Assembly (NCBI RefSeq): GCF_006345805.1
Contig: NW_021832517.1
Location: forward strand, 1-30,574
DNA from: Octopus sinensis
Taxonomy: Eukaryota
DNA length: 30,574 nt
Direction: 5' to 3'
This document shows positions 1 to 10,104 of the stretch, in pieces (the stretch's first letter is position 1; the number at the start of each line of letters is the position of its first letter). The notes under the pieces are model-generated. The model was not told the DNA's origin, did no database searches, and was given only the letters and a program-made list of their open reading frames with translations. A program made the translations under genes and the position numbers.

Positions 1-191
1 ACCAGTGACACCATGGACTTTATTTACCTGTCTAAATCAATTCATCACGAAGCATCTTTTCTATCTCATCGTAACATGTACCTGTCTACACCTGAATCTT
101 TATAAACATTCAGTTTCGCGATCTTTCCTGGTTCCAATTACATTTTGTGTTAAATATTTATATAGTTGTCATCGATATGTTATATAGATAC

Positions 192-420
192 AAGGTGGCG
201 ATGAGACAGAATCGTTAGCACGCTGGGCATGATGCTCAGTGACATTTCGTCTGTCTCTACATTCTGTGTCCAAATTCCACCGAGGTTTGATTTTGCCTTT
301 CATTGATTTTTTTTTGGGGGGTGGGGGTGAAATAAGTACCAGTGAAACACCGGGGTCGATTTAATCGACTTGGCACCTTCCTCCAAAACTGCTGACTTTG
401 TGCCAGCAGTTTTGAAACCA
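192..420 (+). mobile_element. tRNA-derived SINE, family D, diverged copy with tail variant 1
   Basis: Homologous to the younger copies at 12159-12642. Shows an A/B-box-like head, the central motif gcctttcat...aagtaccag...ggggtcgatttaatcgact, and a tail ending tttgaaacca that is also seen at 19211-19318. Confidence 0.75.
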
Positions 421-435
421 ATATGTTGTTTATAT

Positions 436-670
436 TTTGTTTCACTTATTAGATTGTGGCCATGATGGAGCACCGTCTTGAAGAATTTCTTAGTCGAACG
501 AATCGACCCGAGTACTTAATTTTTTTAAGGTTGATGCTTATTCTATCAGTCTTTTTTTTTTTCGAACTGCTACGTTGTAGGGACGTAATCATACCAACAC
601 CGGTTGTCAAGTGCTGGTGGTGGTGGTGGTGGTGGGACAAACACATACACGAAACACACACACACACACG
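436..670 (-). mobile_element. SINE family B, 3' half only
   Basis: Matches the reverse complement of the 3' half of the full copy at 26351-26790 (tggccatgatggagcaccg, ttattctatc, ggttgtcaag, gggacaaacac). It breaks off at a (CA)n tract. Confidence 0.8.
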
Positions 671-801
671 CGCGCGTTGTTGTCAGTGTTGTTGATGTTA
701 TTGTCGGCATTCTTGTCGGGTACGAGCCTGGCCTAGTGTTTAAGAAATTCATTTCACAATAACGTAGTGCCGGGTTCGAAATCGTTGCGTGGTTTCATGG
801 G

Positions 802-897
802 CAAGTTTCAGGTGCCACGCAGTGCAGTGGGACTGAACCCGGAACCATGTGGTTGGGAAGCAAGTTATTTACCACACAGCCACCACTCCTGCACCTT
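802..897 (-). mobile_element. SINE family B, tRNA-like head fragment
   Basis: gtgggactgaacccggaaccatgtggttgggaagcaag...accacacagcc...tcctgcacct is the reverse complement of the head at 26351-26420. Confidence 0.8.
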
Positions 898-965
898 TAT
901 ATATATATATTGTTTGTGTGCTATATTTGTACTGATAGAAGTGGTACTCATTGGAGGTGGTGGGG

Positions 966-1052
<87 letters not shown>

Positions 1053-1146
1053 GGTGGTGGTGGTGGTGGTGGTAGTGGTAGTAGTAGTAGAGTAGTAGTA
1101 GTAGTAGTAGTGGTGGGTGGTGGTGGTGGTGGTGGTGGTGGTAGTG

Positions 1147-1178
<32 letters not shown>

Positions 1179-1246
1179 GGTGGTGGTGGTGGTGGTGGTG
1201 GTGGTGGTAGTGGTAGTAGTAGTAGTATTAGTAGTAGTAGTAGTAG
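966..1246. repeat. Compound trinucleotide microsatellite (GCA)n(GTA)n(GTG)n
   Basis: Read directly from the sequence. It accounts for the poly-V, poly-S/G and poly-L/P ORFs at 847-1462. Confidence 0.97.
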
Positions 1247-1456
1247 CGATCGTGGGCCAACAGGAATGAAGAGGAGGAGGAGGAGGGCAGGGACGATGTA
1301 GCTGACGCAGAGTAATATGGGTGGAAAGAGGGATGGAGGGAGGGGGAAGAACAAAACGACGAAGAAAAAGAAGGTTTTAATGTGAAGTAGAGCGACACTA
1401 TATAACCATTGCGATGACAACTGACAATAAACATTTGTTTGGTATATTTTTTGCAG

Positions 1457-1537
1457 AGTCAACCGGAGCCGAAAGTGACTCTACTCTTACAGAGGGACAA
1501 AGGAGCTCTCGGATTTAACATAATGGGCGGCTCTAAC
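1457..1537 (+). CDS. PDZRN3: Internal coding exon (81 nt, phase 0-0): N-terminal part of a PDZ domain, PDZRN3/PDZRN4 (LNX3/4)-like
   Basis: Acceptor ttttttgcag ends at 1456, donor gtaagt starts at 1538, and a CTGAC branch-point-like motif lies at 1421-1425. Translation SQPEPKVTLLLQRDKGALGFNIMGGSN contains the PDZ GLGF loop. It fits vertebrate PDZRN3 PDZ1 (recalled as TLVLHRDSGSLGFNIIGG) better than SYNJ2BP or DLG. The PDZ call is strong; orthology rests on 27 aa only. Confidence 0.75.
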
Positions 1538-1549
1538 GTAAGTAAAAAT

Positions 1550-2064
1550 TATTCATTATCATCATTATTATTATTGTTGTTGTTGTTATCGTTGTCACTG
1601 TCATTGTTTTCGTCATCGTCAGTGGCGTATTTGGATTGTTTTGACTATGTTTTTTTTTTTATCATCGTGGATAACAATCATTGATATATATCATTGTTAA
1701 TATCATTTTTTGTCATCGTTTTGTCATGGCTAACTTCAATGTATTTTTCGACGTTAATATTCATCGTAAAAAGAAAAAAAAAATCCTCATTTTTGCTATC
1801 GATAATCTCGTTGTTTTGTTTCTTTTTCCTTTCGTTAATATAACCGTTTTTGTTTTTTTTCATCATTAGCAAAGTGTTTTTGTGTCATTGTTAATTTAAT
1901 ATAGTGCTTTTGTCATAGTTGACAGCATCACTTTTCCTTTGTGTTTGTTTGTTTTTTTGTCATCATTAACATTGTTCTCATTTTTTTTTTCATCGTTATG
2001 TATAATTGTTTGTGTAATTGCCGTTATCTTCACTGTCGTTGTCATCGTTTTTATTTTTACCTTT

Positions 2065-2103
<39 letters not shown>

Positions 2104-2290
2104 GTTATCATCATCCTTGTCATTGACTAAGTGATGTTACAGACGGCTTCAAAGTAAGCCAGTATTGTTACTGTTGTTATCATTATCTTTACCATTGTCA
2201 TCATCATCATCATCTTCTTCGTTGTTGTCGCCGACGTTGTTATCGATATAGTCGTCGTCATTTTCATTGGTATTATCATTGTCACTGTCA
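1550..2290. repeat. Degenerate low-complexity (TCA/TCG/TTG) trinucleotide region
   Basis: Runs of atcatc, gttgtt and tcatcgt, including a pure (ATC)n tract at about 2065-2115. Confidence 0.85.
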
Positions 2291-2635
2291 TCAATATTCT
2301 AGATGGCTTAAACCCAAGTTCACCTTTACAGTAAGACTCAAAATTTGATCCTTCGGTTATTCAATTCTCATCGCAAGCACCGAACCAAGATAAAACACCT
2401 TGCTATACTGGATATCTGTACAGTAACCTATCCTGCTTGTACTGAGTGACTGGAGAGATAAGCCAGTAAAAGTCACATTAGCAGAAATATTTCTAAATTA
2501 AGATGATAGAAGGACAGACGCTTTGTGATATAGTCAGGAAAACATTCGCGCAACAATAAACAGATTCGTTGGTTCCCGTCAGCGAGGCTGATTCTCTTGT
2601 CTGTCTTCAAATATGTGCTCATAATATACAATAGT

Positions 2636-3024
2636 GGATGGAAGCACTCCGTCGGTTATGACGATGAGGGTTCCGGTTGATCCGAATCAACGGAACAGCC
2701 TGCTCGTGAAATTAACGTGTAAGTGGCTGAGCACTCCACAGACACGTGTACCCTTAACGTAGTTCTCGGGGATATTCAGCGTGACACAGAGAGTGACAAG
2801 GCCGGCCCCTTGAAATACAGGTACAACAGAAACAGGAAGTAAGAGTGAGAGAAAGTTGTGGTGAAAGAGTACAGCAGGGACCACCACCATCCCCTGCCGG
2901 AGATTGGTGGAGCTTTTAGGTGTTTTCGCTCAATAAACACTCACAACGCTCGGTCTGGGAATCGAAACCGCGATCCTATGACCGCGAGTCCGCTGTCCTA
3001 ACCACTGGGTCATTGCGCCTCCAC
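2636..3024 (-). mobile_element. Full-length tRNA-derived SINE, family A (subfamily A1)
   Basis: tRNA-like head with A box (tgacccagtgg) and B box (ggtttcgattcc) on -. Flanked by an 11-bp TSD tatacaatagt at 2625-2635 and 3025-3035. Near-identical to 20797-21182. Confidence 0.93.
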
Positions 3025-4002
3025 TATACAATAGTATGAGACCGCGCAGTCAGTTTCATAACCGGATCAGTTAAACTGATGAATTCGCTTCTTGTGGGGT
3101 TATGGAAAAACCCAACAGCTGTCTAAGCCGTGGCACACTCTGTCAGTATCCTGCATGCGCTGAGAGAATGTACCAAGGCGAACCAAGACAGGCTGCAGCC
3201 CTGGCATCTCTCTTCAGCCGGACAGCCCTCTCATCGTCTCAACACAATATTGTCATGGATATAAGGGCTTTGAAGATTAAGCACTGTAGAGATCGAATTT
3301 GTGACTCTTTCTCAGCAAAAATTGATATAACTAATGAAATGATTCTGGGGTGTCAGAAATCATGAAAGCTTCTTTGGCAGCCAAGGGAAAATCGATTAAA
3401 AAATATCACCTATCATTTAGATTTAAACCTTAACATTTAACTTATAATGAGATCCATGAGTTATTTCCTGTTGTAAACGTTGATCCAAGGTGAGTGTTAT
3501 GTCGCACGATTGGATTCCTTCTACTCCACTCCTCCGACTGCTACTCTACTCACTATATCTACGTATTGGGCTAGCCTACTTCATCGTCCACACAACAGCG
3601 TCCACACAACAGTGAGATACCTCGCTATGTTTGGCTTAACTTGGAACTGGTGATTTGGACATTATTTCGGTATCCGGAAAACTCATCGCTGTAAATTCAG
3701 TGCAATTACATAGAGGTAAATACATCACTATAACTTCATCGCTGGATAATTTAATTTCATCGCAAGCCAATACACCTTCAATAAATTCATCGTCATCCTT
3801 TTTAACTGTGGAGAAAATGCATCGCTAAACATTAAAGAACTTCTTTTATTCTCAGAGTACATATGATGCTTTTCGTCAATAATGAAAATATAATTTTTTT
3901 CGTACTTCGTTCACTAATAACAGACTAGCAGACATGACTTTTTTTTTTGCTTTGGTTTTTGTTTTGCTTTTTTGTTGTTCTTTTCATGGTGTTTTAATTT
4001 TT

Positions 4003-4269
4003 AATAAATAAATAAATAAATGCGCCCTTTTAAAGCCTAGCCAGGCTCGTGGGCCCGGTTTCCCGGTTTCTATGGCGTGTGTGTTCCCCAGCTGGACGGG
4101 ACGCCAGTCCATCGCAGAGTTACTCATTTTTGCCAGCTGAGTGGACAGGAGCAACGTGAAATTAAGTGTTTTGCTCAAGAACACAACGCGTCGCCCGGTC
4201 CAGGAATCGAAACCACAATCTTACGATCATGGTGGTGACACCCTAACCACTAAGCCACGCGCGTCCACT
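4003..4269 (-). mobile_element. tRNA-derived SINE, family C (head + CORE-like + Meta-like module, (TTTA)n tail)
   Basis: On -: tggcttagtggttaggg...gtttcgattcc head, then tgttcttgagcaaaacactt (CORE-like), then ctgcgatggactggcgtcccgtccag...gaaaccgggaaaccgg, then a (TTTA)n tail at 4003-4021. Domain names come from recalled SINE consensus sequences. Confidence 0.8.
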
Positions 4270-5229
4270 TTCATTTTTAAACTGCTAAATAAAATATGCA
4301 GATTGACTGTTCAACTGAAACACCAAGGAAAATGAACATAATTATTTTCAAAACAGTATTGAATCATAGAATACTGTGAGTCTTTCTTTATTCCCAAATG
4401 ATCGTAAAATGCTATTTTTGTTTTTATGCGCTTGACGATAAACTAAGTAAATTATGTTATTAATACTGGTAACTTTTAAAAAATATATAACAATAGAGTC
4501 TTAATTCATTATGTTTTAATTCGCCCTAATGAGGAAATAATGACAATAAGTCTCAGAGAAAATAATTATAGCGTTTCATTAACAATATAAAAAGGAATTT
4601 AAAAACAAAAACAAGTTATTGTGAAATTTACTCAATATATACATAAATAGATACATAAAATAAAATCACAAGAAGATAATGTAGTTAAAAGAAAGATAAC
4701 ACTATTTTAAAATTGGAGGAAGGAAGGAAGGAAGAAACATTAAAAAAGATAAATAGTGAGTAATGTCGCTTAAATAATCCATTATTCTGCCATATTGATA
4801 ATCATTGATATTGTCTGGAACTCTTAGAGCGTTATTTTTTATCTTTCTTTTTGCGATATGGAATATAAACACTGGCGATATGATGTTTAATTCTTATTTG
4901 GTATCTTTATTGTTAATTTTTTCTTTTATTCAAATTTCTAAAAGTTTCTAGATAATAGGATGCAAAATTTGGGCCGTTAAAATTTCTTTTTTCATTGTGA
5001 ATGAAAATACGCCGAATTAATTCTGTGAATAAAAGACATAAAATAATATTCACCGATGTACTTATTCAGCGGATCAAAACGGTGGTTCGATGAATTTACC
5101 GATGATGTATTTTGGATTACGAAGCAATTACAAGGAAATAAAAATTTTGCTGTGAATGTGAACTAATGTGTACACACATGTGTGTATGTTTGTTTACATA
5201 TGTGTATATGTCTGTGTATGCGTCTAAGG

Positions 5230-5244
5230 TTGTGTGTGTGTGTA

Positions 5245-5302
<58 letters not shown>

Positions 5303-5310
5303 CGTATGTG
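5230..5310. repeat. (TG)n microsatellite
   Basis: Read directly. Confidence 0.95.
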
Positions 5311-5868
5311 TTTCTATTGTTCCTTTTTTTTTTCGGTGTTTCCTCTCGATGTATTTAAACTAGTAATGGTTTTCTGATTAACATAACGGATCATGATTTG
5401 CGTCAAAACAGTTATAAAATTAATTTACCTTAAATTTATTTAAATTGATTTAAACTATGTATCACGATTATGTCATTATATATTTAATACTGTCTATCTT
5501 AATGAAACAACTGTTGGGCAGAATTGATGCATGAACTATACGTTTGATTTATGCTTTTCTACTTTTATGTTAAATATGCTACTCTTAAAAGTTGTTTTAA
5601 CCAATTATGTATATACATGCAAATTGGTTCCACTTGGATTTACTTTAGTGAAACAACATGTTGGAGTTTAATGACCTGTTATCAATTAAGCTCTTAATTA
5701 CTGTGGATTTTTCTTTGGTGCTTATACATCAATTCTGTCAACGGGGATTGCAGTCCACACAGTACCATGGTACTGTATAATATACGTAGTCGATCTATGC
5801 AGTAGATATATATCTAAAAGGGAGACTTTAACTAGTTCTCCGAAGATTGAAAAGATGATGAAAGTTGA

Positions 5869-5869
5869 G

Positions 5870-5936
<67 letters not shown>

Positions 5937-5937
5937 A
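5869..5937. repeat. (GTA)n microsatellite
   Basis: Read directly. Confidence 0.95.
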
Positions 5938-6139
5938 GGTATGGGTTGTGGTGGTGGTTTTGATGGTGGTAGTTGTTTTAGTGGTGGAGAAGGAGGATCT
6001 CCGCCGTTCAACAGTGATGGTTCAGGTGTTCTCCACGCCTGAATTAACACATTTAATTAATATGACGAAGTGTTTGTGACAATGCTGTACACTTCAAATT
6101 AGGGGTACAATCCAACCGATTGACTTAAACACACTTCCC

Positions 6140-6410
6140 ACCTATTCAGCATAGTTTCCTGGTCCCTTGTTCTGAAGGTTCTCATAATTCATCCAGCCAT
6201 TCACCTGCACACTGCCATCATCTTGGGGACATGCATGTGAAACGAGGCATCGTTGCTCATATCAATCCCAAAATCACGCACCGTATATGATTCTAGGATG
6301 TCCGCTCTTTTTGGTCCAAAGTATCCTTGTTGTGACTTCTGAGCATCTATTAGCTGGTAGCGGAGGGCTTGGAATTTGCATTAAATTGCATGTTGTTGTC
6401 CTCAGCCCAT
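6140..6410 (-). mobile_element. CR1/L2-group LINE ORF2 fragment (post-RT region), decayed
   Basis: Manual - strand translation across frameshifts: WAEDNNMQFNA..KFQALRY ... VRDFGIDMSNDASFHMHVPKMMAVCR*MAGWIMRTFRTRDQETML. This matches the CR1/L2 pattern WA..N.M.FN..K...VRDLG....WILRTF. Confidence 0.8.
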
Positions 6411-6661
6411 ATATATATATATAGTAATGTAGAGGCTACCCTGCACTCTCAGAGTCACATTTAGTGACAGTTGCATTCTTCCTTTTTGGTTTTATATCGC
6501 TTATAGCCGCCTTCGTTGTTCAATAATTTTCACAGTAGCATTTTGCTGAATCATCCACTGATTCATATGGTAAATACTATATACTGACATTTGACCGAAC
6601 CATTCCGCGATGGACTAGTCATCCCTGAAGGGCTTTACTTTCAAACGAAACTACAATTCTA

Positions 6662-7853
6662 TTAGGTTGTCAAGAAAGTTCTTGCGGTTTTTAATTTTTA
6701 AATTCAGATGCAGATATCTCAGCTCAGACAAAACTTTATTAATCGAAAAAAAACACCATCAGAATCAACACACTTTTGCCAACGCGAAACAAGTTTATTT
6801 ATGTCAGTAGCGTAAAAATCCTGCGTTCTGGTGGCGACGAAGTCGTTGAAGGCGTGTTTGGCATCGTCTTTGTTTTTGAAGCATTTCTCACGCAGGAAGT
6901 TGTCGAGATGCTTGAAAAAGTGGTAGTCGGTAGGTAAGAGGTCTGGTGAATATGGCGGATGAGGTAGAGTTTAATATCCCAAGACGTGCTGGTTGTTGTT
7001 GTTGGAGTTTCTTATGCATTTCATCCATTTGCTGACAGTGCTTCTTCGCCGTAATGGTTTCGCCTGGATCCAAAAAGCTGTGATGGATGAGACCGGCCGC
7101 AGACCACCAAACAGTCACCATGGCCTTCTTTTGATGCAACTTTGGCTTCGGAAAGTGCTTCGGAAAGTGGAGCTTCACCGGCGTCTAACCACTGAGCTGA
7201 GCGTCGTCGGTTGTCGTAAAGAATCCACTTTTCATCGCAAGTCACAATCCGGTCGAGAAACGGGTCGTTGTTGTTGCGTAAATGAAGGGAAGGCGATACT
7301 TCAAAACGGCGTTCTTTTTGGTTATCGTTCAATTCGTGCGTTCTCACGTATTCTCTTTCAAGTGGTTGGAAATTGTCGTATACGTTATGTCTAATTCAGA
7401 AGCAAGCTCTCGTTCAGTTGTGCATGGATTGGCTACGACGAAGGCTCTTAGTTGATCGTTGTGAACTTTCAATGGCCGACCACTACGCTTATCATCTTCA
7501 AGACTTTCGTCACTGCTATGAAATTTCTTGAACCACCATTGTGCTGCACGTTCATTAGTGGCTCCTGGGCCAAACGCATAGTTTATATCGCGAGCTGTTT
7601 CAGCAGCTTTTCGGCCTAGTTTGAACTGGAATAAGAAAATTGTGCGAATTTGCTTTTTGTCCATGTTGTATTCAACGTCCCGGAAAAAATGGCCTAATTA
7701 TTCAAAAAGAAAAAGAGTAACACGATTAGATAGATCGAAAAACGGGCTTTAAAATGATATGTAAAATCAAAGTAATTTAACGAAAATAAATTTGAAAATA
7801 CATCATTTCAAACCAAAAGTAAAAATTCCGCAAGAACTTTCTTGACAACCTAA
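6662..7853 (-). mobile_element. Mariner (Tc1/mariner, Hsmar1-like, cecropia subfamily) DNA transposon, defective, 1192 bp
   Basis: Perfect 26-bp TIRs: ttaggttgtcaagaaagttcttgcgg at 6662-6687 and its reverse complement at 7828-7853. TA at 6660-6661 on the left; ca on the right (mutated TSD). Internal transposase on -. Confidence 0.97.
6739..7664 (-). pseudogene. Mariner transposase pseudogene
   Basis: Fragments MDKKQIRTIFLFQFKLGRKAAETAR..., RIVTCDEKWILYDN, HQKKAMVTVWWS, and LGY*TLPHPPYSPDLLPTDYHFFKHLDNFL...RWQKCVDSDG. There are frameshifts and a stop. The HDNA (second catalytic D) segment is deleted near 6987 and the WVPHEL linker is damaged. Confidence 0.95.
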
Positions 7854-8048
7854 CAGCATGTTGATCTCGCTCGCTTTGGGGTGGTTAGGTCTCCTGTCAG
7901 TACATAGACTTGTGTTTCTTTAAGGCTAAGAGAGATTTTACCTCTTATTTCTAGCAATGTAGGTCCTACTCAGCTCTATCAGTCACAATTAGTGACAATT
8001 GCATTCTTTCTTTTTGGTTTTATATTGCTTATAGCCGCCTTCATTATT

Positions 8049-8110
8049 GTGTGTGAGTGTGTGTATGTATGTGTGTGTGTGGTGTGTGTGTGTGTGTTGT
8101 GTGTGTGTGT

Positions 8111-8145
<35 letters not shown>

Positions 8146-8163
8146 CTGTGTGTGCGGGTGTGT
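8049..8163. repeat. (TG)n microsatellite
   Basis: Read directly. Confidence 0.95.
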
Positions 8164-8616
8164 ACTAACTCAACAGTGCTATTCGAATTTCTGCTTACAA
8201 GCCATCATATGTAATAAAGCGCGATATACATACAGTCAATAATTTGTATCTTTGCGCGTGTGTTTGTGTGTATGTGACTGTGTATGTGACTGAGTATATG
8301 GATGCGTATGCATTTAGCTGTATATGGATGATATGGCATTTAGCTGTTTTAACGAGATAAATGCGGAAAAAACGGAGTTTACATATTCTATAGACATTTT
8401 CAAAAAAAAAAAAATTAATAAAAAGATGTTAAATTTTAGGCTAGATTTTTTTTAGGAACCAGAAATGCAAAACGTTTATAGAGGAAATATTTTTGGTGAG
8501 AGAATAAAGGCATTCGTGTCAGTGGGGGTAATCGGTGAACAATGGAAGAGACATTGGCGGCGGCGGAGCAAGTGGAAGAAAGAGCAATTGTGAGCCAAAT
8601 ATTTGATTGAGTACTG

Positions 8617-8619
8617 TTA

Positions 8620-8659
<40 letters not shown>

Positions 8660-8691
8660 TTATTCAATCAAATATTTGGCTCACAATTGCT

Positions 8692-8741
<50 letters not shown>

Positions 8742-8755
8742 TATATATATAATAT

Positions 8756-8801
<46 letters not shown>

Positions 8802-8921
8802 TACATATATACATACATATATATTATATATATGTATGTATGTATGTATGTGTATGTGTGTGAGATGCCTGTATATCTGCATTTGTATATCTGTATATGT
8901 ACATTTATATATGTGTGTGTT

Positions 8922-8958
<37 letters not shown>

Positions 8959-9070
8959 TACATACATATATATATATATATATATCTGTGTGTGTGAGAG
9001 AATTTAAGGTATATATATGTGTGTGTGTGTGTGTGCATATATATATATATATCTGTGTATGTGTGTATGT
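8617..9070. repeat. (TA)n / (TATG)n / (TG)n compound microsatellite
   Basis: Read directly. It generates the IY-repeat ORFs. Confidence 0.95.
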
Positions 9071-9639
9071 ATTTAAGTAAATGAAAATTACTGTTACCGA
9101 TGAATAAGCGAGATAAAAGCAATTAGGTGGGTATCTGTTTAGGAAAGTGCGTATATGTGTGCGTGCGTGTGCTTGTATGCGTGTAAGAATGGATGTGTGT
9201 GTGTGTGTGTGTGTGTGAACGCGCGTGCACGTGTGTGTGTGCTATTAGTGGATATATAGATAACGGGAGACATATTGATGGTATGAGTCAGGATAAAAGA
9301 ATTACGGTTACTCTGGCTGATCCCTAAATAAATAAATAAATAAATATGGAGTGAGATTATCTGAAAATCTTTTCTAAACTTTGCGTAGCAATGTTTACAT
9401 CTTGGCATGCTTAAATTCAGAGAACAGCAGCTCCCTCTCTATAAGTTTTAACAAAACCGCGAGAGGGTAATTAGTGAGCGTGATTTTGGTTAATTGTTGT
9501 AAAATTTTTGAATTTCTGATGAAGCTACAGGGTGATACACAAGCACTCAACCATGAGTGCATTGCATCTTATAGCAGAAACAGTGTAAGCTAATGAAGTT
9601 CATGACGTCATTTCTTATTCCCTTATCATTTATTTTATT

Positions 9640-9644
<5 letters not shown>

Positions 9645-9681
<37 letters not shown>

Positions 9682-9698
9682 TATGTATGTATGTATAG

Positions 9699-9732
<34 letters not shown>

Positions 9733-9961
9733 TATACATACATGTATATATACATGTATATATATATATATTATATTATATATGTATATGTATATATAAT
9801 ATATATATATATACATATATACATATATGTATGTATATGTATTATATATATATATATACATACATATATATATATACATATATATATATACATGTATATA
9901 TATATATATATATATACATATATACATATATGTATGTATATGTATATATATATATATATAC
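9645..9961. repeat. (TA)n-rich microsatellite
   Basis: Read directly. Confidence 0.95.
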
Positions 9962-10104
9962 AAAGAGCAATAAAGATTCAAGTTAATTTAAAAATTTACT
10001 TGAATATGGTACCTAACTTAGATGCACCAAAAAAAACTTACTGATTTAACAATACAGTAATGTGGGGTGATTATAAGCGAGAAAGAAGCAACAAGAATGG
10101 ATAG

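Noticed and set aside
847-1462. Long ORFs with poly-V, poly-S/G and poly-L/P tracts
   Set aside because: They are translations of (GTA)n/(GTG)n microsatellites, with no splice or domain support.
1439-1684. 81-aa ORF as a complete gene
   Set aside because: Only 1457-1537 lies between splice sites. The rest is intronic low-complexity read-through.
2303-2330. Possible micro-exon (ttctag|atggct...ttaca|gtaaga)
   Set aside because: It has an immediate stop in phase 0, the phase needed after the PDZ exon, and no PDZ similarity.
2687-2890. Recurring ORF MVVxPAVLFHHNFLS... (also at 11401, 17332 and 20845)
   Set aside because: It is an incidental reading of SINE family A, not a protein family.
3102-3365. 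87-aa ORF
   Set aside because: No recognisable domain or splice context; its length is compatible with chance.
5759-5776. Perfect 18-bp palindrome acagtaccatggtactgt
   Set aside because: One such palindrome in 30 kb of AT-rich DNA is not improbable, and there is no supporting context.
6993-7394. 133-aa + strand ORF
   Set aside because: It is the antisense shadow of the mariner transposase.
9516-9545. CUGAUGA-AGCU...GGGU-GAUAC hammerhead-like string
   Set aside because: GAAA is mutated, stem II is mismatched, and there is no stem I or III.
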